This document shows positions 25,760-36,957 of a stretch of 64,000 nucleotides of DNA, piece by piece. Under the pieces are notes generated by a model that saw nothing but the letters and a program-made list of their open reading frames with translations, was not told the DNA's origin and ran no database searches. The position numbers and the translations under genes are program-made. Positions within the stretch are counted from its first letter, which is position 1; the number at the start of each line of letters is the position of its first letter. The stretch comes from Methanobacteriota archaeon (lineage in GTDB: Archaea > Thermoplasmatota > Thermoplasmata > SG8-5 > DAIRED01), in the NCBI GenBank assembly GCA_043799545.1, contig JAZDNO010000020.1:1-64000 (forward strand). The letters are read 5' to 3'.

Positions 25760-26140
25760 TCAGGCCTTGTCCAGCTCGTCGTATATCTGCCTGGCAACCT
25801 CGTCGGGCGAGCGGTCGACGTCGTGCTCCCAGAAGCGCATCACCTTCCAACCGGCGTCGGCGAGCCTGTGGTTCTCCTGCTCGATGTGGGCGCTGCAGCG
25901 TGTGGGCTCCGGGCCGAAAGGCTCCGCGACGTTGGGCGAGTCTTCCGGGCGCTCCCGCATCCCCTCGTAATGCTCCGGGCAACCGCAGCCGTCCGCGCAG
26001 GGGTCGACGAAGATAGCCAGCTTCTGGGCCGGGAAGGAAATCGGGACGCGCAATCCAATATAGGTCCGGTCCTCCTCGAAGTATACCTCGCGCTCGGCCA
26101 GCTCGTCCTTCAGGATGCGGAGGAAGGGGTTCTCGACCAT
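25760..26140 (-). CDS. Vsr/DUF559-like endonuclease
   Basis: KLAIFVD...LADAGWKVMRFWEHD. Confidence 0.7.
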   Translation of the reverse strand: MVENPFLRILKDELAEREVYFEEDRTYIGLRVPISFPAQKLAIFVDPCADGCGCPEHYEGMRERPEDSPNVAEPFGPEPTRCSAHIEQENHRLADAGWKVMRFWEHDVDRSPDEVARQIYDELDKA

Positions 26141-26183
26141 GATACTTCAATGTCGCACGCCATAGATAATCGTTTGGAATGGC

Positions 26184-26693
26184 TCAGTATTCGAACTCTT
26201 CTTCCCCCAGGCGGACGCCGCGCTTCCATCCAATCTTATCAAGTCCCCCGAAATCTATGTAAAGGTACACCTCTCCCAGCTTGTCGAAACCCGCGTCCCT
26301 GAAAAAAGATATCGCGCTTGCATTCCTCGCCACTGGCTTCACGCAGAGCGAGTTCAGGCGGCGCTCCCTCGCGGCCTTGACGACTGCCGCGAGGAGCGTC
26401 CGCCCTATCCCCCCGCGACGGCGGTCGCGTGCAACGACCGCCGGTTCGACCAGCCAGCCATCTCCCGATTTCTCGAGGCCAGCCATGCCGACTACAGCCG
26501 CCCCGTCCACCGCGAGGAAAACATTCTCGGCGCCGACCTTGGCAAGGTGATCGTCGAAATAGTGGCCGGGGTCGTCCCCGCCGATTGTCTGGTCTCCGTA
26601 GATATCTCGGTGATGCTGTGTGAGTTCGACCCATAACTTCCTGCAGCTCTCTAGGTCGGAATCCGTGTAAGTCCGTATCGCAACGCTAGTCAT
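26184..26693 (-). CDS. GNAT acetyltransferase
   Basis: VVARDRRRGGIGRTLL acetyl-CoA motif; start MTSVAIR overlaps the upstream stop. Confidence 0.85.
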   Translation of the reverse strand: MTSVAIRTYTDSDLESCRKLWVELTQHHRDIYGDQTIGGDDPGHYFDDHLAKVGAENVFLAVDGAAVVGMAGLEKSGDGWLVEPAVVARDRRRGGIGRTLLAAVVKAARERRLNSLCVKPVARNASAISFFRDAGFDKLGEVYLYIDFGGLDKIGWKRGVRLGEEEFEY

Positions 26694-27490
26694 CGCTCGG
26701 CCTTCCTTTTGCGCCCATTCTTCCTCCCGGGGTCCAGCTCGAAACCGCACGCCCTCAACTGCTCAAGCTGTCCATCGACATCGGGGTGCCACTGGCCCCA
26801 CTTGCGCGAGATGTGCTCCGTCCATGTGTAATCGTCGTACGTGAACGCGTCCTTTCGTTTTTTATCATGGATGGGTATCTTCGCCTTCAGCTTGCGGTAG
26901 TATCCGACCCTGGGGTAGTATTCGTCCATCGTCTTCATCGCGCGCCTTACCTCGGCCCGGGTCAGCTTCGGATATTCCCCCTCGAAGAGGACGTAGCCAA
27001 GCGGGTATCGGGGCCTGACCGGCGGGTCCTCTGCGGGATAGCCCATCGCCAGCATCACGAACGGGAAGACGCTTTCGGGCAACTTAAGGTTTTTCTTCAG
27101 CGTCTTGGCAATCATCATCGCATGCCCTATATAGCAGCTTCCGAGCCCGAGGCTCTCGGCGGCGATTACCATGTTCTCGGCCATGTAGCATGCGTCCTGC
27201 ATCGCGAAAAGGAGCATAGTCAGGTCGTTCGTCTTCACTTTCCAGCCGCGCTCCCTCATGAACAGCTCGACCCGGTGGACGTCTGCGCAGACCACGAACA
27301 TCAGCGGGGCGCCGAAGGCGTTGCGCTTCCGGTCGCGCAGCAGCACGACGCTGCACGCCTGGGCGGCGAAGGGGGCCCGCATGCCGGCGCGGACGATTGC
27401 TTCGACGACATCCTTCGGTGGAGCCTCTTGCTTGTACTTACGGATGGACTTGCGGGACATCAGGGTTCGGATTACTTCGTTGTCCTGCAT
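26690..27490 (-). CDS. Nitroreductase family protein
   Basis: SRKSIRKY; AENMVIAAESLGLGSCYIG; MLAMGYP. Confidence 0.9.
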   Translation of the reverse strand: MQDNEVIRTLMSRKSIRKYKQEAPPKDVVEAIVRAGMRAPFAAQACSVVLLRDRKRNAFGAPLMFVVCADVHRVELFMRERGWKVKTNDLTMLLFAMQDACYMAENMVIAAESLGLGSCYIGHAMMIAKTLKKNLKLPESVFPFVMLAMGYPAEDPPVRPRYPLGYVLFEGEYPKLTRAEVRRAMKTMDEYYPRVGYYRKLKAKIPIHDKKRKDAFTYDDYTWTEHISRKWGQWHPDVDGQLEQLRACGFELDPGRKNGRKRKAER

Positions 27491-28329
27491 TTAATCGCCT
27501 CAATCACTATCGAATGCGGTATTCTCAGGTTGCCTTTGAAATACGCCGAATGATCACGTAGGCCTTTTATCGTCGGCTTTGGCTCGTCGAGCCGAGATAT
27601 GTGTAACCCAGCATCGTTGAGGGCGTTCGCATAGTCGGTCAGGGTCCTATGGAACGAAGTGGTCTTGAAAGGGCGCTTCAACCGCGCCATCCTCCAATCC
27701 ACGGTGTCGGGCGATTCGTCGAAATAGCAATCGATGGAATAATACTGGGGCTTCATTCCTTCGGCCCTCGCCCTCTCGACCTCCGAGCCCCATTGCTTTA
27801 TATGGTTTCCGTAGACCCATCCGCCTATTTTCTTGCCTCGTACGACCCGCGCCTCGAAACATGGGTGGCATATCGCGAATACGAACCGCCCGCGCCGCTT
27901 GAGAACTCGGGCAGTTTCACGGATTGCTGCGCGATAATCCTCTATGTCCATCAGCGCCATGAACGAAGCGACTATGTCGAAAGAGCTGCTGTGGAGCTTT
28001 CGCAGGTCCGCGGCGTCCGAAACGAAATAATCAATTCCCTGATTCCCCGCCTTCTCCTCTTTGAGGGCCAGTTTTACCATTTCCTTCGAGAAATCAACTC
28101 CGGTGACTTTGGCGCCCTTCGCGGCCATGAGCCTCGTGTTGTACCCTTCGCCGCAGCACAGGTCTAGGATTTTTTTCCCCTTGATGTTCCCGAGCATCCT
28201 GAACATCGCCGGGTTGTTCAGCTCCTCGCGGGTCCAATCCTTGCCAGCTCGGACGAAATCGGCCCAGGGTTCTGAGGCGTCGTCCCACTGGCTCATGACT
28301 TCTTTTCCCTTCGCCTGCTTTCGTGCCAT
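27472..28329 (-). CDS. Class I SAM-dependent methyltransferase
   Basis: ILDLCCGEG; GVDFS; SFDIV. Confidence 0.9.
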   Translation of the reverse strand: MARKQAKGKEVMSQWDDASEPWADFVRAGKDWTREELNNPAMFRMLGNIKGKKILDLCCGEGYNTRLMAAKGAKVTGVDFSKEMVKLALKEEKAGNQGIDYFVSDAADLRKLHSSSFDIVASFMALMDIEDYRAAIRETARVLKRRGRFVFAICHPCFEARVVRGKKIGGWVYGNHIKQWGSEVERARAEGMKPQYYSIDCYFDESPDTVDWRMARLKRPFKTTSFHRTLTDYANALNDAGLHISRLDEPKPTIKGLRDHSAYFKGNLRIPHSIVIEAIKCRTTK

Positions 28330-28373
28330 CGGACGCGAATCGCCTGATGGATTAATAACCTATCCCGTGAGTT

Positions 28374-29276
28374 TCACTCCCTGGACATCCATATCCACGG
28401 GTTCCTGTTGAACGTCGTGACGAAGCCCATCGCTTTATAGAACGTCTGGCCCGACCCGACGTACGCCAGGGTGGCGCCCAGCTCGCCGCAGCGCCTGATG
28501 CTATCCATGACGACCGCCTTCCCCAGCCCCATCATCCGGTACTCTGGGTCGGTTGCGACGGGCTCGACGTAGCAGATTTTGTGCTGCTGCTGGTACCAGA
28601 TCCCGCCGTACGAGACGTAGCTGCCGTCAGGCGCCACCGCGACAATGTTCAAGTCCCTTCTGAAGTTCGGGGCGGACTGCATCAGCCTCCGGCAATCGGG
28701 ACCCCCTGGGCCATCCATAGGCGGTTCGCCGTTGTTGTTGAATCCCCGGTGCATTATCCTGTGGACCTTGAGGATGTCGTTCTCGTCTGCAAGGCTTTGC
28801 AGGCGGAATCCGTCAGGCAATTCAATCTTCGGAAATGGCTTCGGGATTTGCATCGACGACTGCGCGTCGGCGTTCTGGGGGTCCTTGCGGAAACCGCGCT
28901 CAGCAGCCAGAGCCTCCATCTCGGCGTCGAAATCGTTTATCCAGGCCACGAGCCGCCTGCGGGAGCCGACGGGCCTGGTGAGGTTCTTCAGGGCATAGTC
29001 CAGCATCTCGCCCTTCAGATTCAGGTGGTCGGGATGGAGCTGGAAGAATGCGTGTCCGATGTCGCCCTCGTAGTTGACGACGCCCACGATTTCGCCCCGT
29101 TCCTCCCAGACACCAATTTTGCTGAGGCTTGACGTGTCGAGGATGGGGTGGAAGTGCATGTACTCCCAGCGAGGGTGGAGCCAGTTGCCCTGGGGGACTG
29201 CGTAGGTGCCGATGAGGAACCTGCCGATGCGGTCGAAGTCCTTCGCCCGGTTGTATGGTCTGGATGTGGTGCTCAT
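28374..29276 (-). CDS. GNAT acetyltransferase (tandem fold)
   Basis: VEPVATDPEYRMMGLGKAV. Confidence 0.85.
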   Translation of the reverse strand: MSTTSRPYNRAKDFDRIGRFLIGTYAVPQGNWLHPRWEYMHFHPILDTSSLSKIGVWEERGEIVGVVNYEGDIGHAFFQLHPDHLNLKGEMLDYALKNLTRPVGSRRRLVAWINDFDAEMEALAAERGFRKDPQNADAQSSMQIPKPFPKIELPDGFRLQSLADENDILKVHRIMHRGFNNNGEPPMDGPGGPDCRRLMQSAPNFRRDLNIVAVAPDGSYVSYGGIWYQQQHKICYVEPVATDPEYRMMGLGKAVVMDSIRRCGELGATLAYVGSGQTFYKAMGFVTTFNRNPWIWMSRE

Positions 29277-29369
29277 GTAAGTTTGTGCCTGCTGCTGGTT
29301 GTCGTTCGTATCATCGTTCCGATATCGCGCCCATATAATTCAAAGCAGACCCTGCAAGGGGAAGTCGAT

Positions 29370-30560
29370 TCACTTCCCCTTCTTCAGCTCCTCGACGAAC
29401 TTCGGTATGAACTCGTGCAGGTCCGCGACGATTCCGATGTCGGCGATTGTGAATATCTGCGCGTTCGGGTCCTTGTTCACGGCGACGATGAAACCGGAGT
29501 TCTGCATGCCGGCGCGGTGCTGGATTGAGCCGGAGATGCCGCAAGCGATGTAGAGCTTCGGGCGCACGCTCTTTCCGGTCTGGCCGACCTGGTGGTCCTT
29601 CGTGACCCAGCCCTTCTCCACCGCGACGCGGGAGCCGCCGACCTCTCCGCCGAGCGCGTCCGCGAGCAGCTGGATGGTCTTGAAGCCGTCCTTGCCTCCG
29701 ACGCCCCTGCCTCCGGAGACGATTATCTTGGCGTCCTCGAGGTTCGCGACCTTCTTGACCTCCCTGACCACCTCAAGAACCTTTGTCTTCATGTCGTCCG
29801 GCTTAAGCTCGACCTTGAAGGGGATGACCTCGCCCTTCCGCGCCGGGTCTGCGTCAATCTCCTTCATGATTCCGGGGCGGACCGTGGACATCTGCGGCCT
29901 GTGGTTCTGGCACCATATCGTCGCCATTACGTTGCCCCCGAACGCCGGCCTGGTCTGCTGCAGCAGCTTCTTCTCCTTCTCCACTGTCAGCTCGGTGCAA
30001 TCGGCCGTGAGGCCAGTGCCGAGCCGCCGGGCAATCCTGGGGGCTAAATCCCTGCCGACGTGGGTTGCCCCGTAGAGCACGATCTCCGGTTTAGTCTTGA
30101 CTATGAGGCCCACCATCGCCTTCGTGTATGCCGTGGTCGTGTACTTCTCAAGCTGCGGGTCGTCTATTACGTAGACCTTGTCCGCGCCGCGCGCAATCAG
30201 GTCCTTTGCCGACCCATCAATCTTGTGCCCTATCAGCGCTGCCGAGACGTCGCACCCCAGCTCGGCGGCGAGCCCCCGTGCCCTCCCCAGCAGCTCTATC
30301 GAGACCTTCTTGAGCCTGGCGTCGCGCTGCTCGGCGAAGACCATGATTCCCTTGTACTGGGTGATGTCCATCTTGCTCCCGCTTTCCTTCTTCAGCTCTA
30401 TCGCGTCCGTCGGGCAGGAGCCGACGCAGGCCCCGCACTCGACGCAGCTCGGGGTGAACCTCGCCTTCTTGTCCACGATTTCGACGGCCCCCGGGTAAGG
30501 GCAGGCTTTAACGCACTTGGAGCATACGATGCACTTTTCATCTATGATTTTGATTGCCAT
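29370..30560 (-). CDS. etfA: Electron transfer flavoprotein alpha with N-terminal 2[4Fe-4S] ferredoxin
   Basis: CIVCSKCVKACP and CVECGACVGSCP; VSGGRG, QVGQTGK, YIACGISGSIQH. Confidence 0.92.
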   Translation of the reverse strand: MAIKIIDEKCIVCSKCVKACPYPGAVEIVDKKARFTPSCVECGACVGSCPTDAIELKKESGSKMDITQYKGIMVFAEQRDARLKKVSIELLGRARGLAAELGCDVSAALIGHKIDGSAKDLIARGADKVYVIDDPQLEKYTTTAYTKAMVGLIVKTKPEIVLYGATHVGRDLAPRIARRLGTGLTADCTELTVEKEKKLLQQTRPAFGGNVMATIWCQNHRPQMSTVRPGIMKEIDADPARKGEVIPFKVELKPDDMKTKVLEVVREVKKVANLEDAKIIVSGGRGVGGKDGFKTIQLLADALGGEVGGSRVAVEKGWVTKDHQVGQTGKSVRPKLYIACGISGSIQHRAGMQNSGFIVAVNKDPNAQIFTIADIGIVADLHEFIPKFVEELKKGK

Positions 30561-30570
30561 TTTTCTCACC

Positions 30571-31359
30571 TCACTGCACTATGTTCTTCTCCCGGAGCGT
30601 CGCTCTCAGCTTCCCAGCCAGCTCGTCGGTCTTGCCCGTCAGGACAACCCCCTTCCCTTTGGGCTCGGGGGCGAAGCTGCGCCACACCGAAGTCGGGGAG
30701 CCGTTCATGCCTATTTGCATCGGGTCCGCGTCTATGTCCTTCGCGGTCCAGACCTTCGCCTTCTTGTCGCGGTAGGCCTCGACGATTCCGCGTATCGAGG
30801 GGTATCGCGGCTTGTTGATGTCGGCTATGCAGGTCAAGAGGACGGGGGTCTTCGTCTCGATGCGCTCGAACCCGTCCTCCAGCGCCCTTTCTGCGACGAC
30901 CTTCTTGCCGTCAACGTCCACCTTCTTGACGTAGGTTATCTGGGGGATGCCGAGGTATTCGGCCATCTGGGGGCCTATCTGCGCCGTGTCCCCGTCTATT
31001 GCCTCCCGCCCGCAGAAGACAATGTCGAACTTGCCAACCTTCTTTACCGCCGTCGCCAGCGTGTAAGACGTGGCGAGCGTGTCGGCGCCCGCGAAGGCCC
31101 TATCCGACAACAGAATCGTCTCGTCCACTCCCATCGCGGAGACCTCCCTGAGGGCTTCCTCAGCCTGCGGCGGGCCCATCGTGATTGCCGTGACTTTGCC
31201 CCCGTGCTTCTCGCGGATGCGGAGGGCCTCCTCCACGGCGTGCTTGTCGTCCGGGTTCACTATGCTGGGCACGCCCTCCCGTATCAGGGTCCCGGTCTTC
31301 GGGTCTATCTTCACGTCCGTCGTGTCCGGCACCTGCTTGATGCAAACCACCATTTCCAT
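30571..31359 (-). CDS. etfB: Electron transfer flavoprotein beta
   Basis: VCIKQVPDT; FAGADTLAT; GDTAQIGP; PRYPS. Confidence 0.93.
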   Translation of the reverse strand: MEMVVCIKQVPDTTDVKIDPKTGTLIREGVPSIVNPDDKHAVEEALRIREKHGGKVTAITMGPPQAEEALREVSAMGVDETILLSDRAFAGADTLATSYTLATAVKKVGKFDIVFCGREAIDGDTAQIGPQMAEYLGIPQITYVKKVDVDGKKVVAERALEDGFERIETKTPVLLTCIADINKPRYPSIRGIVEAYRDKKAKVWTAKDIDADPMQIGMNGSPTSVWRSFAPEPKGKGVVLTGKTDELAGKLRATLREKNIVQ

Positions 31360-31368
31360 TTTCTCACC

Positions 31369-32508
31369 TCACTTCAGCAAATCGCCGGAGATGACCATTC
31401 GCTGGACCTCCGACGTGCCTTCGTATATCTCCGTAATCTTCGCGTCCCTGTAATACCGCTCGAGCGGGTAGTCTTTGGTGTAGCCGTAGCCGCCGTGTAT
31501 CTGGACGGCGTTGCGAGTCACCCTGACGGCAACGTCAGATGCGTACAGCTTCGCCATCGCCGCCGGTACCGCGTACTTCCGTCCCTGGGACTTCTCGTAG
31601 GCGGCCTTGTAGACCAGCATCCGCGCGGCGTCTATGTCCGTCGCCATCTCCGCCAGGAACCACTGGATAGCCTGGAACTTGGCGATGGGCTTCCCGAACT
31701 GCTCGCGCTCCTTGGCGTACTTCAACGAGGCTTCGAACGCCGCCTGGGCGATGCCGAGGGCCTGGGACGCGATGCCGATTCGCCCCCCGTCGAGGGTGGC
31801 CATCGCAATCTTGAAACCGTCCCCCTCTTTTCCCAGGATGTTCGCGGCGGGAACCTTCATCTTGTCGAATACCAGCTCCGACTGGATCGAGCCGCGTATG
31901 CCCATCTTCTTCTCGATAGATCCTATGTTGTATCCTTCGAAAGTATCCTCGACTATGAATGCCGAAATCCCCTTCATGCCCTTGGACTTGTCAGTCATCG
32001 CGAAGATTATCGCCACCTGGTTCTTGCTGCCGTTGGTTATGAAAACCTTGGAGCCGGTGATGACGTAATTGTCGCCGTCTTTCACCGCCAGCGTCGTCTG
32101 GGAGCCCGCGTCCGTCCCCGCGTTCGGCTCGGTCAGGCCGAATGCGCCCAGCTTTTTTCCCGAGGCCAGGTCGTTGAGGTACTTCTTCTTCTGCTCGTCC
32201 GTGCCGAATTTCATGATGGGCCAGCATACGAGGGAGTTGTTGACGGACATCGTCACGCCGTGGGAGGCGCAGGCCCGGGAAACCTCCTCGACGGCTATCG
32301 CGTAGCAAACGTCGTCGACGCCGCCCCCGCCGAACTCCTTCGGGACGGTCATCCCCATGAGTCCCAGCTCGCCCATCTTCTTGACTGTCGCAGCCGGAAA
32401 CTCGCAGGTCTCGTCTATCTCCGCGGCGATGGGCGCTATCTCCTTCTCCGCGAATTCGCGGACCATCTTCCTAACCGCTTCCTGTTCTTGAGTGAGGCCG
32501 AAATCCAT
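31369..32508 (-). CDS. Short-chain (butyryl-type) acyl-CoA dehydrogenase
   Basis: FGLTEPNAGTD; GSKVFITN; QIHGGYGY; IYEGTSEVQR. Confidence 0.92.
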   Translation of the reverse strand: MDFGLTQEQEAVRKMVREFAEKEIAPIAAEIDETCEFPAATVKKMGELGLMGMTVPKEFGGGGVDDVCYAIAVEEVSRACASHGVTMSVNNSLVCWPIMKFGTDEQKKKYLNDLASGKKLGAFGLTEPNAGTDAGSQTTLAVKDGDNYVITGSKVFITNGSKNQVAIIFAMTDKSKGMKGISAFIVEDTFEGYNIGSIEKKMGIRGSIQSELVFDKMKVPAANILGKEGDGFKIAMATLDGGRIGIASQALGIAQAAFEASLKYAKEREQFGKPIAKFQAIQWFLAEMATDIDAARMLVYKAAYEKSQGRKYAVPAAMAKLYASDVAVRVTRNAVQIHGGYGYTKDYPLERYYRDAKITEIYEGTSEVQRMVISGDLLK

Positions 32509-32635
32509 AATTAGCCCTCGCTGTCCATGGCTGGAAATGTGGATATATTAGATAAATGTATTGATGCGTCCCGGAATGTCTGGTGGAAACGTTATTATAC
32601 CGTTCCACTTATGCCACCCGAGAGAGCGCGCGACG

Positions 32636-32962
32636 ATGAAAAAAGCCGATGCCGAGGAAAGTCAGGAAACGGGAGAGGTTGGGGAACAACCCGCGGACAG
32701 GCGCAAGATGGTCATCGACAGCATCGTCGAGGGCCGGAAGATGGAGGCGTACGCCGAGCATCGGACGAAGGAGATGCACTCGTGCTGGATGTGCGGGGCG
32801 ATATGCTACAGGAAGAAGGCGGCCAAGAACATCAGCAACCGCTGGATTTGCATCGACTGCCTCAAGCAGCTGAAGGAGAGCATGGACACCCTGTCGCAGT
32901 GGGAGGAAGGGATAGCGCTCCAGCGTGACATCACGAGGCAGCTCGACGATTTGAAGCAGTGA
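32636..32962 (+). CDS. Hypothetical Zn-finger/coiled-coil protein
   Basis: CWMC...WICIDC; start uncertain. Confidence 0.7.
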   Translation: MKKADAEESQETGEVGEQPADRRKMVIDSIVEGRKMEAYAEHRTKEMHSCWMCGAICYRKKAAKNISNRWICIDCLKQLKESMDTLSQWEEGIALQRDITRQLDDLKQ

Positions 32963-33057
32963 GCGCATCCGGCATCCTGCCGTTTTATCCCCTGCGCCGA
33001 TACCTTTTATAGCGACTGACAACGTTTTAAATACAGGGTAGCTCATTTCGATATTAC

Positions 33058-34083
33058 ATGGCATTAATCCTTCCACCAGTCCCGCACGGGGAGATTTTCG
33101 AACAGATGGTGGCTGGAGCCAAAAACGTGCTGACGAACGTCCTGGCGGTCAAGCCTGGCGAGCACGTCCTCGTGGTCATCGACGATTCGAAAAAACGAAT
33201 CGGAAGGGCTTTCTCCGACGGTGCGACCGCCCTGGGGGCGAGCGTGAACACATATTCCCTCTCGAGCCACGACAGGCCAATCAACGAAATCCCATACGAG
33301 CTGAAGGCGATGCTCAAGGATTACAGCGTAATCATAAACACATTCTATTCCGATTCGAAGGAAACCCCGTTCCGCGTCAAGCTGCTGTACGAGGAGATAT
33401 CGCACAGCGCGCGCGTCGGCCACGCTCCAGGCATCACGGAGGACATGATGCACAAGGGCCCCATGAACGTGGACTACCGGAAGGTAGTGGAGATAACTGA
33501 AAAGGTCCTGAAGGCGTTCGACAAGGCCACCCTGGTCCACATCACCACCAGGGCCGGGACGGACCTGACCATGGACGTCACGGGCAGGGATTTCGAGACC
33601 GACGTCAGGATAAACAGCGGGAGCTTCGGAAACCTCCCAGCGGGCGAGATATGGTGCGGCCCGGTGGAGGACAGCGCGAACGGCGTCCTGCTGGTGGACG
33701 GAACAATCGGGGACCTGGGATATGTCAAGAAGCCTCTCAGGATTACGATCAAGGACGGCCGGATAAAGGGGCTGGAAAGCGAGGACGAGGCGTTCGCAAG
33801 TCAGGTGAGGGAGCTAGTCACCATAGACGCAATGGCGGACGTCATAGGCGAGCTGGGCATCGGAACGAATCCCGGGGCGCGCCTGGTGGGCAACATGCTG
33901 GAGGACGAGAAGGCTGGCGGCACTGCGCACATAGCCTTCGGCAACAACATGGACATGCCTGGCGGGCAGAACAACTCCGACACGCACCGCGACTTCCTCT
34001 TCCACAAGCCAACGTTCGAGATTACTCGTTCGGACGGAAAAAAGCACGTCGTCATGCGAGACGGCGTGATGACTGGCCAGTGA
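33058..34083 (+). CDS. Aminopeptidase (M29 / thermophilic leucyl aminopeptidase-like)
   Basis: GNLPAGE; IGELGIG; LEDEKAGGTAHIAFG; HRDF. Confidence 0.88.
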   Translation: MALILPPVPHGEIFEQMVAGAKNVLTNVLAVKPGEHVLVVIDDSKKRIGRAFSDGATALGASVNTYSLSSHDRPINEIPYELKAMLKDYSVIINTFYSDSKETPFRVKLLYEEISHSARVGHAPGITEDMMHKGPMNVDYRKVVEITEKVLKAFDKATLVHITTRAGTDLTMDVTGRDFETDVRINSGSFGNLPAGEIWCGPVEDSANGVLLVDGTIGDLGYVKKPLRITIKDGRIKGLESEDEAFASQVRELVTIDAMADVIGELGIGTNPGARLVGNMLEDEKAGGTAHIAFGNNMDMPGGQNNSDTHRDFLFHKPTFEITRSDGKKHVVMRDGVMTGQ

Positions 34084-34087
34084 AAAA

Positions 34088-35122
34088 TCATCCGAGCTTC
34101 GCGCCGCATTTCCTGCAGAATGCATCGCCCTTCTCTAGCTCGATTCCGCATCCGGGGCACAGCAGCTGGAACTGCAGCTTGGCGCCGCACTTCCTGCAGA
34201 ATGCATCGTCCTGCGTGACCTGGCCGTTGCAATCGGGGCAAACCATCTCCTCTGCATCAGGCTCGCTCGGAGCCATGGGGTTCTCATCCTTCCAGCGCTC
34301 GACGTTCTCCGCCGTCGGCGCCCCCACGTCCGTGACCGCCGGCCCGCTCTCCCCCGCCGCCGGACCCGACGGCAACCCCTCGGCCAGCTTTTTGGCCTTG
34401 AGGGCCAGGGACAGCGCTTTTCCGTAATCCCCTCGGCCGAAAGCCGACTGCGCCTGCGCCAGCATCCTTCTGGCCGACGAGACGTCCTTCCCGCAGCCGT
34501 CTGCCGCCCTTATCGAATCCTCCGCCGTGGTCAGCATGAACTTGGACTGGAGGTAGTTGTCAGGAAGCTTGGGCATCGACCCCTTCGGTATCTCCTCCGG
34601 GGACTGGCTTATCGGCTCGTAGCCTTGTTCGGCCTCCGCTTCCGGTGCAGGAGCCGTGAAGAGGTCCTGCGTTGGCTTCAAAGGGGTCTGGGCGCTTATC
34701 GAATACTTCTTCGCGCTCATCAGCGTGACCCGCGCCGCGTTCGCCCTTGCGATCGCATAGCCGCTGTCGCCTCTCGAATGCGCGCGCCGGGCCTCGCCTA
34801 GCGCCGCGTCGGCCTCGCCCGTGTCGACCCCCTGCGCCTTAAGGATGGCCGATATCTTCTCCGTGCTGGCGATGGCGTTGTGCGCCTCGTCGAAATCGTC
34901 GCTGGAATTGAAATTATAGCGTCTCGGCGAGTACTTCGCCCGCCGCCTCCTGCGGAGCAGCCAAAGCTCGAACAATATGACGACGACCATTGCGACAAGG
35001 AGGGTTATCTGAAGCTGTTCACCCAAATCCAAAGCCAATCGCGCAACCTCTGTCAATGATTTGTCGCTACGCATATATAACTTTCTGCGTCGTTGACCTA
35101 CAAAAGTAATTGTAATTACCAT
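34088..35122 (-). CDS. Membrane-anchored protein with helical repeats and double zinc ribbon
   Basis: TM near the N-terminus; CPDC/FCRKC/CPGC/FCRKC; start uncertain. Confidence 0.75.
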   Translation of the reverse strand: MVITITFVGQRRRKLYMRSDKSLTEVARLALDLGEQLQITLLVAMVVVILFELWLLRRRRRAKYSPRRYNFNSSDDFDEAHNAIASTEKISAILKAQGVDTGEADAALGEARRAHSRGDSGYAIARANAARVTLMSAKKYSISAQTPLKPTQDLFTAPAPEAEAEQGYEPISQSPEEIPKGSMPKLPDNYLQSKFMLTTAEDSIRAADGCGKDVSSARRMLAQAQSAFGRGDYGKALSLALKAKKLAEGLPSGPAAGESGPAVTDVGAPTAENVERWKDENPMAPSEPDAEEMVCPDCNGQVTQDDAFCRKCGAKLQFQLLCPGCGIELEKGDAFCRKCGAKLG

Positions 35123-35131
35123 ATATTTATT

Positions 35132-35844
35132 ATGGGGTGTTCCCTCGCCCGACCCGTGAACGATGCGGTAAAAGGCGCGGTCTCCGACTTGCTCGCTGGT
35201 CGCTTCGTCCTAGTCTACGATGCGGACGGGCGAGAGGAGGAGACAGACTTCATGGTCCTGGCGAGGCTCGCCAAACCGAACCACGTGCGCACGATGCGGA
35301 AGGAAGGCGGCGGTCTCATCTTTCTCATGGCCCACCACGACGTCTGCGAGAAATTCAAGCTTCCCTTCATGACCCAATTGTACGCCTCCGCGGGACATGA
35401 GCATCCGGTCCTGGGCGTGCTGGACCCGAACGACATCCCATACGACACGAAATCCTCATTCTCCCTGACCCTCAACCACAGGCGGACTTTCACGGGAATC
35501 ACCGACATAGACAGGGCGCTGACTATTAGCAGGTTCGGCGAGCTGGCCGCCGAAACCACCGGGGGAACAAGCGATGACGCAGTCGCGAAGCTCGGGAAGG
35601 AGTTCAGGAGCCCCGGCCACGTCGCGGTTTGCCGGTCATCGGCCAGTCCTCTGAAGGACAGGTTCGGCCACACCGAGCTGGGCACGGCCCTTGCGGTCAT
35701 GGCGGGCGAAACCGCCGTAGTCGCGGGGTGCGAGATGATGGGAGATTCCGGCAAGTCTCTGCCAAGGAAAGACGCAAAGGCTTATGCAGAAAGGAACGGG
35801 TTCAGGTTCCTCGACGGCAGCGAGATAGTGGAGGCGTGGCGGAA

Positions 35845-35857
<13 letters not shown>
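35132..35857 (+). CDS. ribB: 3,4-dihydroxy-2-butanone 4-phosphate synthase
   Basis: YDADGREEETD; TFTGITDIDRA; FRSPGHV; GHTE; CEMM; start approximate. Confidence 0.92.
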
Positions 35858-36764
<907 letters not shown>

Positions 36765-36819
36765 TGACGGTTGACAGGTCAGGGTCAAAGCTGTCGATAA
36801 AGAAAAAGGGGGTGTAAAA

Positions 36820-36855
36820 ACGAAAATAGGGATAATAGTGAGCGAGTTCAACTAT
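36820..36855 (+). pseudogene. Orphan copy of ribH codons 1-12 (start mutated to ACG)
   Basis: ACG AAA ATA GGG ATA ATA GTG AGC GAG TTC AAC TAT = (T)KIGIIVSEFNY, a synonymous variant of 36958-36993. Confidence 0.75.
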
Positions 36856-36903
36856 CGCGACCAGTTGGTTTCCTTTGAAATTAATGAGCGGAGGAGGTCT
36901 CGA

Positions 36904-36929
36904 CCCTCGCAACCTTCGGTTGCTACGGG
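36904..36929 (+). repeat. UUCG-tetraloop hairpin within the insert upstream of ribH
   Basis: CCC-TC-GCAACC-TTCG-GTTGC-TAC-GGG. Confidence 0.6.
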
Positions 36930-36957
36930 CGAACCAAACCTGCTAGGAGGTGAATGA

